Shown: one piece after another, positions 1-9,508 of the stretch | How positions within the stretch are numbered: the first letter of the stretch is position 1 | Layout of the letters: the number at the start of each line of letters is the position of its first letter | Position numbers and translations under genes: made by a program | The notes under the pieces: model-generated | Told to the model about the DNA's origin: nothing | Databases searched by the model: none | Seen by the model: the letters and a program-made list of their open reading frames with translations, nothing else | From: Octopus sinensis | Lineage: Eukaryota | Assembly (NCBI RefSeq): GCF_006345805.1 | Contig: NW_021824553.1 | Span: 1-18,288, forward strand | DNA length: 18,288 nucleotides | Reading direction: 5' to 3'

Positions 1-122
1 CGGGCTTCTTTCAGTTTCTGTCTAACAAATCCACTCACAAGGCTTTTGTCAGCCCGAGTCTATAATAAAAGACACTTGCCCAAGGTGCCGCGCAGTAGGA
101 CTGAACCTGTATCCATGTGGTT
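1..122 (-). mobile_element. tRNA-derived SINE, family A, partial copy (runs off the window edge)
   Basis: Reverse complement reads aaccacatggatacaggttcagtcctactgcgcggcaccttgggcaagtgtc...gaaactgaaagaagcccg, matching the fuller copy at 15846-16245. Confidence 0.9.
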
Positions 123-447
123 CCGGGTTCAGTCCCACTGCGTGGCATCTTGGGCAAGTGTCTTCTGCTATAGCCTCGGGCCGACCAAAGCCTTGTGATT
201 GGATTTAGGAGAAGCCCGTCGTATGTATGTGTGTGTGTGTTTGTGTGTCTGTGTTTGTCCCCCTAGCATTGCTTGACAACTGATGCTGGTGTGTTTACGT
301 CCCCGTCACTTAGTGGTTCGGCAAAAGAGACCGATAGAATAAGTACTAGACTTACAAAGAATAAGTCCCGGGGTCGATTTGCTCGACTAAAAGGTGGTGC
401 TCCAGTATGGCCGCAGTCAAATGATTGAAACAAGTAAAAGAGAAAGA
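123..447 (+). mobile_element. tRNA-derived SINE, family A, lacking the A-box half of the head
   Basis: Colinear with 15846-16245: B-box-like ggttcagtccc, CORE-like cttgggcaagtgtctt, internal TG tract, and 3' tail ...tggccgcagtcaaatgattgaaacaagtaaaaga. Confidence 0.9.
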
Positions 448-449
448 TA

Positions 450-841
450 TCTTTATATAAAAAAGTCAAGTTGTGTGTCAGTCTCCTACGATTTAGATTC
501 CTAACTACTCCCACATTTTGCGGTGCAGTTTAACCAAAACCGGGTATCTTATAGTCGTGATTCATATCGAGCCCTTCTGGGTATTAGCGCGCGTCTACGA
601 TGAGTCTACGATTTAAACAAACTTTACCATAATTTTTTCCATTTTAATGCATTTTTTCGCTATTATATAAGGGAAGTAACTCTCTAAAAATGTCTACGAT
701 GAGTCACGATTTAAAAAAAAATTACCATAATTTTTTCCATTTTTAATGCAATTTTTTGCTATTTTTTGCTATAACTCTCTAAAAAATGCTTTATATAGTT
801 ATTTTCCCTTACAACCGAGCAACGCCGGGCGATACTGCTAG
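450..841 (+). mobile_element. Non-autonomous Helitron
   Basis: Starts with TC (450-451) after A449 and ends with CTAG (838-841) before T842. Subterminal GC hairpin ccg(a)gc-aac-gc-cgg at 815-828. No TSD. Internal ~99-bp tandem duplication starting at 593 and 692. Confidence 0.85.
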
Positions 842-1271
842 TATATATATATATATATAGTGGGTAAGTATGTGAGTGTATAAATACATACACACGCAAA
901 CGCTGAGAATAGTTTAAAAAAAGATAAGACAGGATAGATTCAAGAAAAAATTATTAGTTTAACGTTTAGAGAAATAAGGAGCATTGATGATGATGCTTTT
1001 GATATTGTTTTGTTCGGAATATAAGCAGGCTGCAGAAAGAGGATAGCAAAATCGGAAAGATGAAAGGAACTGCCCGCCTCAGTGATTTTTCTAATAATAT
1101 CGTTTGAGGTTCTTTCTTCCCTACCTCTCTCTTCCTCTCTCTCTGTCTGCTCAACACATTTGTTAGCAGTTACATACGTTTTCAATAACAGTTTGATTCA
1201 ACCTCCACGTGACTTAAAGTTTCCTGGCAGCATAGGACGTACCCTGAATCTGTCTATTTTGTTCGTACTAT

Positions 1272-1656
1272 GGAAGCACTCCGTCGGTTACGACGACGAG
1301 GGTTCCAGTTGATCCGATCAACGGAACAGCCTGCTCGTGAAATTAACGTGTAAGTGGCTGAGCACTCCACAGACACGTGTACCCTTAACGTAGTTCTCGG
1401 AGATATTCAGCGTGACACAGAGTGTGACAAGGCCGGCCCCTTGAAATACAGGTACAACAGAAACAGGAAGTAAGAGTGAGAGAAAGTTGTGGTGAAAGAG
1501 TACAGCAGGGATCACCACAATTTTTGCCAGCTGAGTGGACCGGAGCAACGTGAAATAAAGTGTCTTGCTCAAGGACACAACGCATCGCCGGGAATAGAAC
1601 TCACAACCTTACAATCGTCAGCCGAATGCCCTAACCACTAAGCCATGCGCCTTCAC
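1272..1656 (-). mobile_element. Full-length tRNA-derived SINE (family B head with an alternative body and tail), TSD-flanked
   Basis: Minus strand starts agtgaaggcgcatggcttagtggttaggg (A-box) ...gagttctattccc (B-box-like). Flanked by an exact 15-bp direct repeat ttttgttcgtactat at 1257-1271 and 1657-1671. Confidence 0.92.
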
Positions 1657-1839
1657 TTTTGTTCGTACTATTGCTACTGGCCACTCAGCGTTATATATAC
1701 GTACGTACATACTTGCCCTAGGCATGGCTTTAAGCTGCATCCAGTAGAGGGTCTCTGATTTTAGGGTTCCAACGTTTTGAGGAGTCCGGAATCACCTTTT
1801 ATCCACTGTTTTTTCCGGATCCCAGCTATGGATTAATTA

Positions 1840-2279
1840 GTAACTTAGTGAGGCTGGTGGAGCTCGTTAGCTTGATGGGGCAACCCATATAGGGAAAGTA
1901 AACATTGATTCCAAAGCTCCGCTACTTTGAGGTCGTACCCAACCATGGAAAAGATTTTGGGAGTAAGACTTGAGGTAAAATCAAGAGTCGGAGCCACTGT
2001 GGCGATATCTACAACGTCATTCTCGTAACCCCTGTGTCGACTTGCGTGCCAAATTTTAACAGCCGTGCTTTTTCTTTGAATCCATCAGTAATGTGGAGAT
2101 GGAGGCGGTACACGCTGTATGGGTAACAACCTGTGCTCCATACCACACTGCCCAAGTTTGGATCTTATGGGACATCCTTTACTGAAGAGATAGAACCGTA
2201 CAATCCAAACAGCACCAGGATAGTCTACAAGCGCGGCTTGTGTGAAAGAGAATACCGTTCGCACATCGAACTGTTCAGC
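1840..2279 (+). mobile_element. Decayed RTE-clade LINE-derived segment (5' UTR-like region joined to a C-terminal zinc-finger remnant)
   Basis: 2226-2279 translates YKRGLCEREYRSHIELFS, four single-base changes from the RTE C-terminal motif YKCGLCERECRSRIGLFS. The upstream part resembles RTE 5' UTRs from memory only. Confidence 0.45.
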
Positions 2280-2309
2280 AAGACTACACAGTTCCAGTAG
2301 CGCGAACTG

Positions 2310-2630
2310 TTATTGGTGCTGTGATCGAATGTGACTTTTTAGCCCAGCTAAAGATCTACAATGTCTTGTGCAGAATTGGCAGCTAAAACCTTTACCGGCA
2401 ATAGCCGGCTGTAGTTGTAACTGGATTTCATGTACCTTTGCATGTCGTTTAAGTCCTCCTGCCGAATTACACTCTCTTCCACGTGTCTGACGGATATGAT
2501 TACTACGGTGCGTAACACCACCACCAGTGGCCTAGTTGTCAATCATCAGTCCCGCTTTATGACTACGAAGATGACTCTTGAGTGCAGCTTTACTGACGCA
2601 GGGTCTTGCATAGACACTGCATGTCAGCAT
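2310..2630 (-). pseudogene. Three tandem degenerate C2H2-type zinc fingers ending in a stop; probably the C-terminus of an RTE-like LINE ORF
   Basis: One frame reads LTCSVYARPCVSKAALKSHLRSH-KAGLMIDN*ATGGGVTHRSN-HIRQTRGRECNSAGGLKRHAKVH-EIQLQLQPAIAGKG-FSCQFCTRHCRSLAGLKSHIRSQHQ*. There is one internal stop (2532-2534) and a terminal TAA (2310-2312). Confidence 0.7.
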
Positions 2631-2704
2631 ACATACATACATACATACATACATACATACATACATACATACATACATACATACATACATACATACATAC
2701 ATAC
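2628..2704. repeat. (CATA)n microsatellite
   Basis: Perfect tetranucleotide array. Confidence 0.98.
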
Positions 2705-3090
2705 AATGTAAATATAATAGACCGGACTTAATGATTTTGGCTAGAGAAGGGAAACTATGTACAGTCGTGAAAATCAGCTGCCCAGCGGATGTTAACATAA
2801 AGCTAAAGGTCTGTGGAAAAGAAAATAACTACACTGAACAATTGAGAAATTTACAGTTACTCTATTCAGATTACAAATTCAGGTTTATACAAATCTTGAG
2901 AAATTAGGCTTCTCAAAACCAGAAAAGAGAAAGCTGATTTAAAGACTACAGAGCCAAGCCATCCTTGGAACTGTTAAAATCTGTAAAACTTTCCAGAGGT
3001 TTATCATTTAAGTATATATGAGCATGTCTAGATATGCAACTATTTGCATGAGAAGACACATAAAAGAAAACGTACAAATCTGTGCATTTG
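2704..3090 (+). mobile_element. 5'-truncated R4/Dong-like (RLE-type) non-LTR retrotransposon: endonuclease remnant plus 3' UTR
   Basis: Frame from 2704 reads QCKYNRPDLMILAREGKLCTVVKISCPADVNIKLKVCGKENNYTEQLRNLQLLYSDYKFRFI. After a frameshift near 2890 it reads NLEKLGFSKPEKRKLI*RLQSQAILGTVKICKTFQRFII* (stop 3009-3011). The RPD motif and GTVKICKTF end are typical of R4-clade RLE domains. (CATA)n lies on both sides. Confidence 0.8.
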
Positions 3091-3208
3091 CATACATACA
3101 TACATACATACATACATACATACATACATACATACATACATACATACATACATACATACATACATACATACATACATACATACGTACGTACGTACATATA
3201 TACATACA
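3091..3208. repeat. (CATA)n microsatellite
   Basis: Near-perfect array with a few CGTA variants at its end. Confidence 0.98.
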
Positions 3209-3319
3209 ATAAATACCCTGTTGTTGATGTCGAAATTCCAATGAAAGAGCCTTGGATCTAAGTTAGAAACCGGCTCTTTCTCTATTGGCAAGAAACTTCG
3301 GAATAAAACTGAATAATGA
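3209..3319 (+). mobile_element. Probable retrotransposon 3' UTR fragment with hairpin, AATAAA and (CATA)n tail
   Basis: Unique 110-bp island between (CATA)n arrays, with a long stem-loop at 3238-3288 and AATAAA at 3302-3307. Element origin is inferred. Confidence 0.5.
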
Positions 3320-3903
3320 CATACACACATACATGAATACATACATACATGCATAGATACATATATGCATGCATACATGCATACATACCTACATACATAC
3401 ATACATACATACATACATACATGCATGCATGCATACATACATACATACATACATATATGCATACATACATACATACATACATGCATACATACATACATAC
3501 ACACACACACATACATACACACATACATACATACATACATACATGCATACATATATGCATACATACATATATGCATACATACATACATACATGCATACAT
3601 ACATACATACATGCATGCATGCATACATACATACATACATGCACACATACATACATACATACATATATGCATACATACATGCATACATGCACACATACAT
3701 GCATACATACATATATGCATACATACATACATACACACACACACATACATTACATACACATACATACATACCCATACATACATACATACATACATACATT
3801 CCATACTACATACATACATACATACATACATACCTACATACATACATACATACATACATACATAATACATACATACACATACATACATACATACATACAT
3901 ACA
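3320..3903. repeat. Long imperfect (CATA)n array with CATG/TATG/CACA variants
   Basis: Directly visible; source of the YIHT/MYVC pseudo-ORFs. Confidence 0.97.
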
Positions 3904-4144
3904 AAATTCATAGCCGCTTCATATCGCGAGAGAATATTCTGCACTATTTTACTGTGGAAGTAAACCGGTGCAATTTTTCTGAGGAGTGGTGAACAAACTG
4001 TAAAGCGTACTGTGATGATCTCTCAGCTCTTCTTCCTCACATCAACAAAATAGAAAAGAATTTACATTCTTAAATACCTCTCACAGCTAGGCTCGCTAAT
4101 ATTAAAATTCATTTCAGTCCTTTTTATTCACTGTTGTGTTCAAC

Positions 4145-4580
<436 letters not shown>

Positions 4581-4760
4581 AGTTATTTTTAGAGAGGAAG
4601 CTCCTTCTATAAATAAAATAAATAAATCTAAATAAATTACTTTACTCTGCTAGTATTGATACCTTATTTACTGGGGTTAACACCCCACTCAACCCGGGAC
4701 CTACATATATATTATATATATATCTATATATATAATTATATATATATATATATATATATA

Positions 4761-4861
4761 GTTAATCCCAAACAGAAAACACAAAAAAACCAACAAAAAA
4801 AAACACAACACCGCGAGGACGTGGAACAAATAAGTATTATTGGACGCTCAGGAAAGAAGGG
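4761..4861. mobile_element. Possible Penelope-like element terminal fragment inside (TA)n
   Basis: Unique island gttaatcccaaacagaaaac...cgcgaggacgtggaacaaataagtattattggacgctcaggaaagaagg flanked by (TA)n on both sides. Family assignment is from memory only. Confidence 0.35.
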
Positions 4862-4875
4862 ATATATATATATAG

Positions 4876-4910
<35 letters not shown>

Positions 4911-5101
4911 TAATATATATATATATATGTGTGTGTGTGTGCTACATACATACATACATACATGTAGATGATAGAAAAGAGATATAGAGTATAAATAATA
5001 CATTTCTGCAGTTCATATAAAGATAATTAGTCAAAAATATGTAATATGTATGTGTACTGTACGTCACTAAGTATATACACGTGTGCGTGTTGTGCTTGTA
5101 C

Positions 5102-5144
<43 letters not shown>

Positions 5145-5216
5145 TATATATATATACACACACATACTTTTATATGCGCACTTGTAAATACGTGTGCGTT
5201 TTTGTATGTATATATT

Positions 5217-5257
<41 letters not shown>

Positions 5258-5313
5258 GTATGTATATACATAAATACATACATGTGTGTGTATGCATGTA
5301 TTTATGTAACTTT

Positions 5314-5386
<73 letters not shown>

Positions 5387-5430
5387 GTGTGTGTGCATGG
5401 TCTGTGTGTGTGTGTGTGTGTATGTGTGTA
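4862..5430. repeat. Compound (TA)n, (TG)n and (CATA)n microsatellites
   Basis: Directly visible, including a long pure (TG)n at about 5315-5382. Confidence 0.95.
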
Positions 5431-5495
5431 TTTTCTGTACCATAATAACAGGAACAATAACGGTATCACATAAATTCCGTTTAACGCAACATCTA

Positions 5496-6036
5496 CTCTT
5501 CCTCCTCCTCCTCCTCCTCCTCCTCCTACTACTACTACTACTACTACTACTACTATTACCACCACCACCACCGCCACCTCTTCTAGGTATCACCACTGCC
5601 ACCACCGGCACCGACACCACCACCACAACCACTACAACCTCGGCAGTAATTATCCATCACAGATATCATGTTTATCTCACAACACCCCCCTCCACTCTAA
5701 CTCTATTACTCATCACCACTACCGCCATCATTAACAACAACAACAACAACCAACAGCACCATTGCTGCCGTCATCATCTTCATCATCATCATCATCATCG
5801 TCGTCGTCATCGTCATCAACATCATCGTCATCCAACATCATCGTCACAATCAGCATCATAGTCATCATCTTTATCATCACCATTACCCGCTGCCAACTCT
5901 CATTACATTCTCGTTCTCATCACCACTATCACCACCGCCATTCTGTTCATTAGATATATTTCAATCATCATCATCATCATCCTCATCGTCATCGTCATCA
6001 TCACCATCATCAATATCATCATCATCGTCATCGTCG

Positions 6037-6078
<42 letters not shown>

Positions 6079-6135
6079 GCATTATCATCATCATCATCAT
6101 CCTCCTCATCATCATCATCGTCGTCGTCGTCGTCG

Positions 6136-6178
<43 letters not shown>

Positions 6179-6207
6179 CATCATCATCATCATCGTCGTC
6201 GTCGTCG

Positions 6208-6259
<52 letters not shown>

Positions 6260-6390
6260 TATCATCATCATCATCCTCCTCCTCATCATCATCATCGTCG
6301 GTCGTCGTCATCGTCATCGTCAATCTATCATCATCATTCTCATCATCATCATCATCATCCTCATCATCATCATCATCGTCGTCGTCGTCG

Positions 6391-6442
<52 letters not shown>

Positions 6443-6521
6443 TATCATCATCATCATCCTCCTCCTCATCATCATCATCGTCGTCGTCGTCATCGTCATC
6501 GTCATCATCATCATCATCATT

Positions 6522-6559
<38 letters not shown>

Positions 6560-6600
6560 AGTCATCATCATCATCATCATCATCGTCGTCGTCGTCGTCG

Positions 6601-6646
<46 letters not shown>

Positions 6647-6658
6647 AGTCATCATCAA
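5496..6658. repeat. Compound trinucleotide field: (CCT)(CTA)(CCA)(CAA), then a ~700-bp (CAT)n/(CGT)n/(CCT)n array
   Basis: Directly visible. The cctcctcctc landmark recurs at 6275 and 6458 (183-bp higher-order period). Confidence 0.95.
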
Positions 6659-6864
6659 CAGCAGCTACAACTCTAGCTAGCATACTTCGATTCGAAACCT
6701 CGACTAGGTCGCTCGACATTCAAGTAAGTAAACAACACCCTAATCTGCCTCGGATCCCGCGCCGCCGGGATGGTCGTCGTGGCCGGAACGCTTTTTTTGA
6801 CCATAAGTCTGCTTGCTCCATCAAGGTACACTTGGGGGGGGGGCTAGACAACGCTTGCGATTAA

Positions 6865-7088
6865 TCAACAACGACACCACGACCAACTCCACCCCTGTTC
6901 CAATCCAGACACTGACATCATCATCATCATCATCATCAGCAACACCAGCACCATTACCACTAAAAAACGACCACCACCACCAACAACACAATCCTTATCA
7001 ACTTCCATCACCACAACCACTTAACCACTACCACCACCATCATCATAATCATCGCCAATACCGTCACCACCACCACTACTACCACTAC

Positions 7089-7121
<33 letters not shown>

Positions 7122-7554
7122 GAGCCTCACCAACACAACCATTACTACTACCACCACCACCACCTCCACCACCTCCGCTGCTTCCACAATCATTTAAACA
7201 CCATCGACATGCCGTTCATCACCACCGTCACCACCTCCTCCGCCGCCGCCGCCACCCCACCACCGCCTCCGCCTCCGCCACCGTCATCACTATCGCCGCA
7301 TTTTGATTCGTCAAATATTGATTATCAGCTGTCCTTGACAACAACCACAGCAAACTCGTAGAGACGGTGGTGGTGGTGGTGGTGGTGGTGGTGGTGGTGG
7401 TGGCGGTGGTGTTGGATCGTTAAGTGGTTGTGGTGGTAGTTGATAGTAGTAGTAGTGGTGATGACGATGATGGTGATGGCCGTGATGAGGATGGTGGTGG
7501 CGGTGGCGGTGGTATTTGTTTAAGTGGCTGAGGAATGATGATAATGATGATGGC

Positions 7555-7617
<63 letters not shown>

Positions 7618-7910
7618 GATGGCGATGATGATGATGATGATGGTGTGGCCGTGATAGGTTGATGGTTGTTTGGGCTGTGATTCAATAATAGTGATGGTTG
7701 CTTTTGGTGGTGGTGGTGGTTGTGGCGGTAGTGGTATAACAGGGGTTATTACTATTGTTGTTGTTGTTGTTGTTGTTGTTGTTTTGTTGCTGTTGCTGTT
7801 GCCTGGGCTGCATTTAAACTCTACATCAGCTCTGATTACGCAGTCCTATAATCAAATCCTAATTTATCAACACCACCACCACCACCGCCAACAAAAACAA
7901 TAACAACACC
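6865..7910. repeat. Compound (CAC)/(CAT) field that switches polarity to (GGT)/(GAT)/(GTT) near 7300-7365
   Basis: Directly visible. Confidence 0.9.
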
Positions 7911-7970
7911 TTGATGATTCCGCCTTGTTTCATTATCATTATTATCATTATTATTATTATTATTATTTGC

Positions 7971-8060
7971 AAGCCCACATAATCCAGCGTTTTGCTTATT
8001 AAAGACGGTAGCGTGTGATTTGGGAGGTGGTGGCTGCTATTTCTAGCATCTGGAACGGCC
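7971..8060 (-). repeat. Interspersed repeat family D fragment (tgctagaaatagcagcca core)
   Basis: Reverse complement matches the copies at 12150-12310, 12341-12538, 12787-12895 and 13901-14100. Confidence 0.7.
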
Positions 8061-8084
8061 AATAGGGTCATAATGTTGTTACGC

Positions 8085-8542
8085 AGTGTGCGTGAGTGTG
8101 AGTGTGAGTGTGTGCGTATGTGAGTGCGTGTGTGCATGTTTGCGTGCGTGCATCTGTATACATACAGTTGTGTATGGTGTGTGTGTGTGTGTGCGTGTAT
8201 GTATTTAGTGTATGTTGTGCGTGTGCGTGTACGCATGTTCGTCTGCGCAATTGCGATTGCGTTATGTGTATGTTCAATTGCTATGCTGTGTGTATCCGTG
8301 TGTGTGTGTGTGTGTGTCTGTGTGTGTGTCTGTGTGTGTGTCTGTGTGTGTGTGCTTAATTTCTGGTGATATCAGTTGTGTGTTGCACGTGCACGATCTG
8401 TATGTGAACGCGCCCGCCAGCACCACACAGCGATTTCCCACGCGCGCATGCACACGCGTACGCGTAACGTGCACACACACACATATACACACGAAGAATG
8501 AACACAAATTATTACTATGCGTGTATAATGTGCGTATGAGTA

Positions 8543-8573
<31 letters not shown>

Positions 8574-8986
8574 AGGTGCGTATATACATATATGTGGTTA
8601 TATGCGTGTAACTGTGTCTATATGGGTGCATTATGTGTGTATGTGTGTACATATATGTGTATATTGGTGCCTATATGCGTGTATGTGTATATATATGATT
8701 GATTGATTCTAGTTTCAGCTCACGAGCTGTGGCCATGCTGGGGCACCGCCATTTAAAAAATATGTGTGTGTGCGCGTATATGTGTGCGTGTGCGTGCGCG
8801 TGTTTTGCGTGCGCGTGTTTTGCGTGTGCGTGCGCGTGTTTTGCGTGTGTGTGTGTGTGTGTGTATGTGTGTGTGTGTGTGTGTACTGGTATATGATTGT
8901 TCGAGGTTGCGTTGCGTTGCGTTGTGGTGGGCGGCGGTGGTGGGTGAGACAGTCATAGCAAAATTTGTAGCGATGACGGCGGTGGT

Positions 8987-9021
<35 letters not shown>

Positions 9022-9040
9022 AGGTGTGGTGGTGGTGATA
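8085..9040. repeat. Degenerate (TG)n/(TA)n/(GCGT)n tracts followed by (GGT/GGC)n
   Basis: Directly visible. Confidence 0.9.
8707..8755 (-). mobile_element. SINE 3' tail fragment related to family A
   Basis: Reverse complement ggcggtgccccagcatggccacagctcgtgagctgaaactaga aligns with ggcggtgctccagcatggccacagtcacatgactgaaacaag at 16194-16235. Confidence 0.75.
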
Positions 9041-9449
9041 ACGGCGATAATATTTGTAGAAGTGTAGTAGTGGTGTTTTTCTCTAATAGAAGTGTGGCCG
9101 TTGTAAACGAGGTTCTTACTATTGATGCTTCTCTTTCAGTTCTCTCACAGCTTTCTTCGATTTTTTTTGTTTTCTTTTCCGTTTTTTGTTTTACACGTTT
9201 CTTTCTTACTCTTACTGTGCCTCCTATTCCCGCCTCCTCCTCCTCCTCCGTCTCTTTCTTTGCTCCTTTCGTTCTTCCTTGCTTCGCTCTCCTCAGCCTG
9301 CTTGCTGCTCCTTCATTGGTAGCTTAGCTGGCTCCGAATGCAGCAGGGAAGGAAGAAGCGCTGCCTCCTTGTCTGTCGGCTGTGCAGCTGTGCACTTCCA
9401 TCGCAAGCCGCCAAAATACAAGGGTGATTTGGAAAGGAATCCGAAGGAA

Positions 9450-9457
9450 AGAGAGTG

Positions 9458-9508
<51 letters not shown>

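Noticed and set aside
263-514. ORFs overlapping SINEs (263-514, 1318-1585, 15883-16278, 16439-16684) and the (AAT)n-associated elements (16910-17134, 17382-17609)
   Set aside because: Chance frames in multi-copy non-coding elements; they are not preserved between copies except where the DNA is nearly identical.
940-1075. Minus-strand acceptor-like ...atcctctttctgcAG and short ORFs
   Set aside because: No matching donor or recognisable peptide, and the orientation conflicts with the better-supported + strand exon. Not excluded, but unsupported.
4012-4140. C-box-like GTGATGA suggesting a C/D snoRNA
   Set aside because: No CTGA D box downstream within the unique segment and no terminal stem.
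6813-7685. His/Pro/Ser-rich ORFs (6813-7361 on +, 7311-7685 on -) resembling transcription-factor low-complexity regions
   Set aside because: They are built from CAC/CAT repeats, one has a non-ATG start, and neither has a recognisable domain. Their similarity to each other is explained by the inverted module.
6659-9450. Conserved miRNA or snRNA in the unique GC-rich islands
   Set aside because: I recognised no match to the conserved bilaterian or molluscan mature miRNAs I recall, and no convincing long hairpin. A database search would be needed to exclude novel ones.
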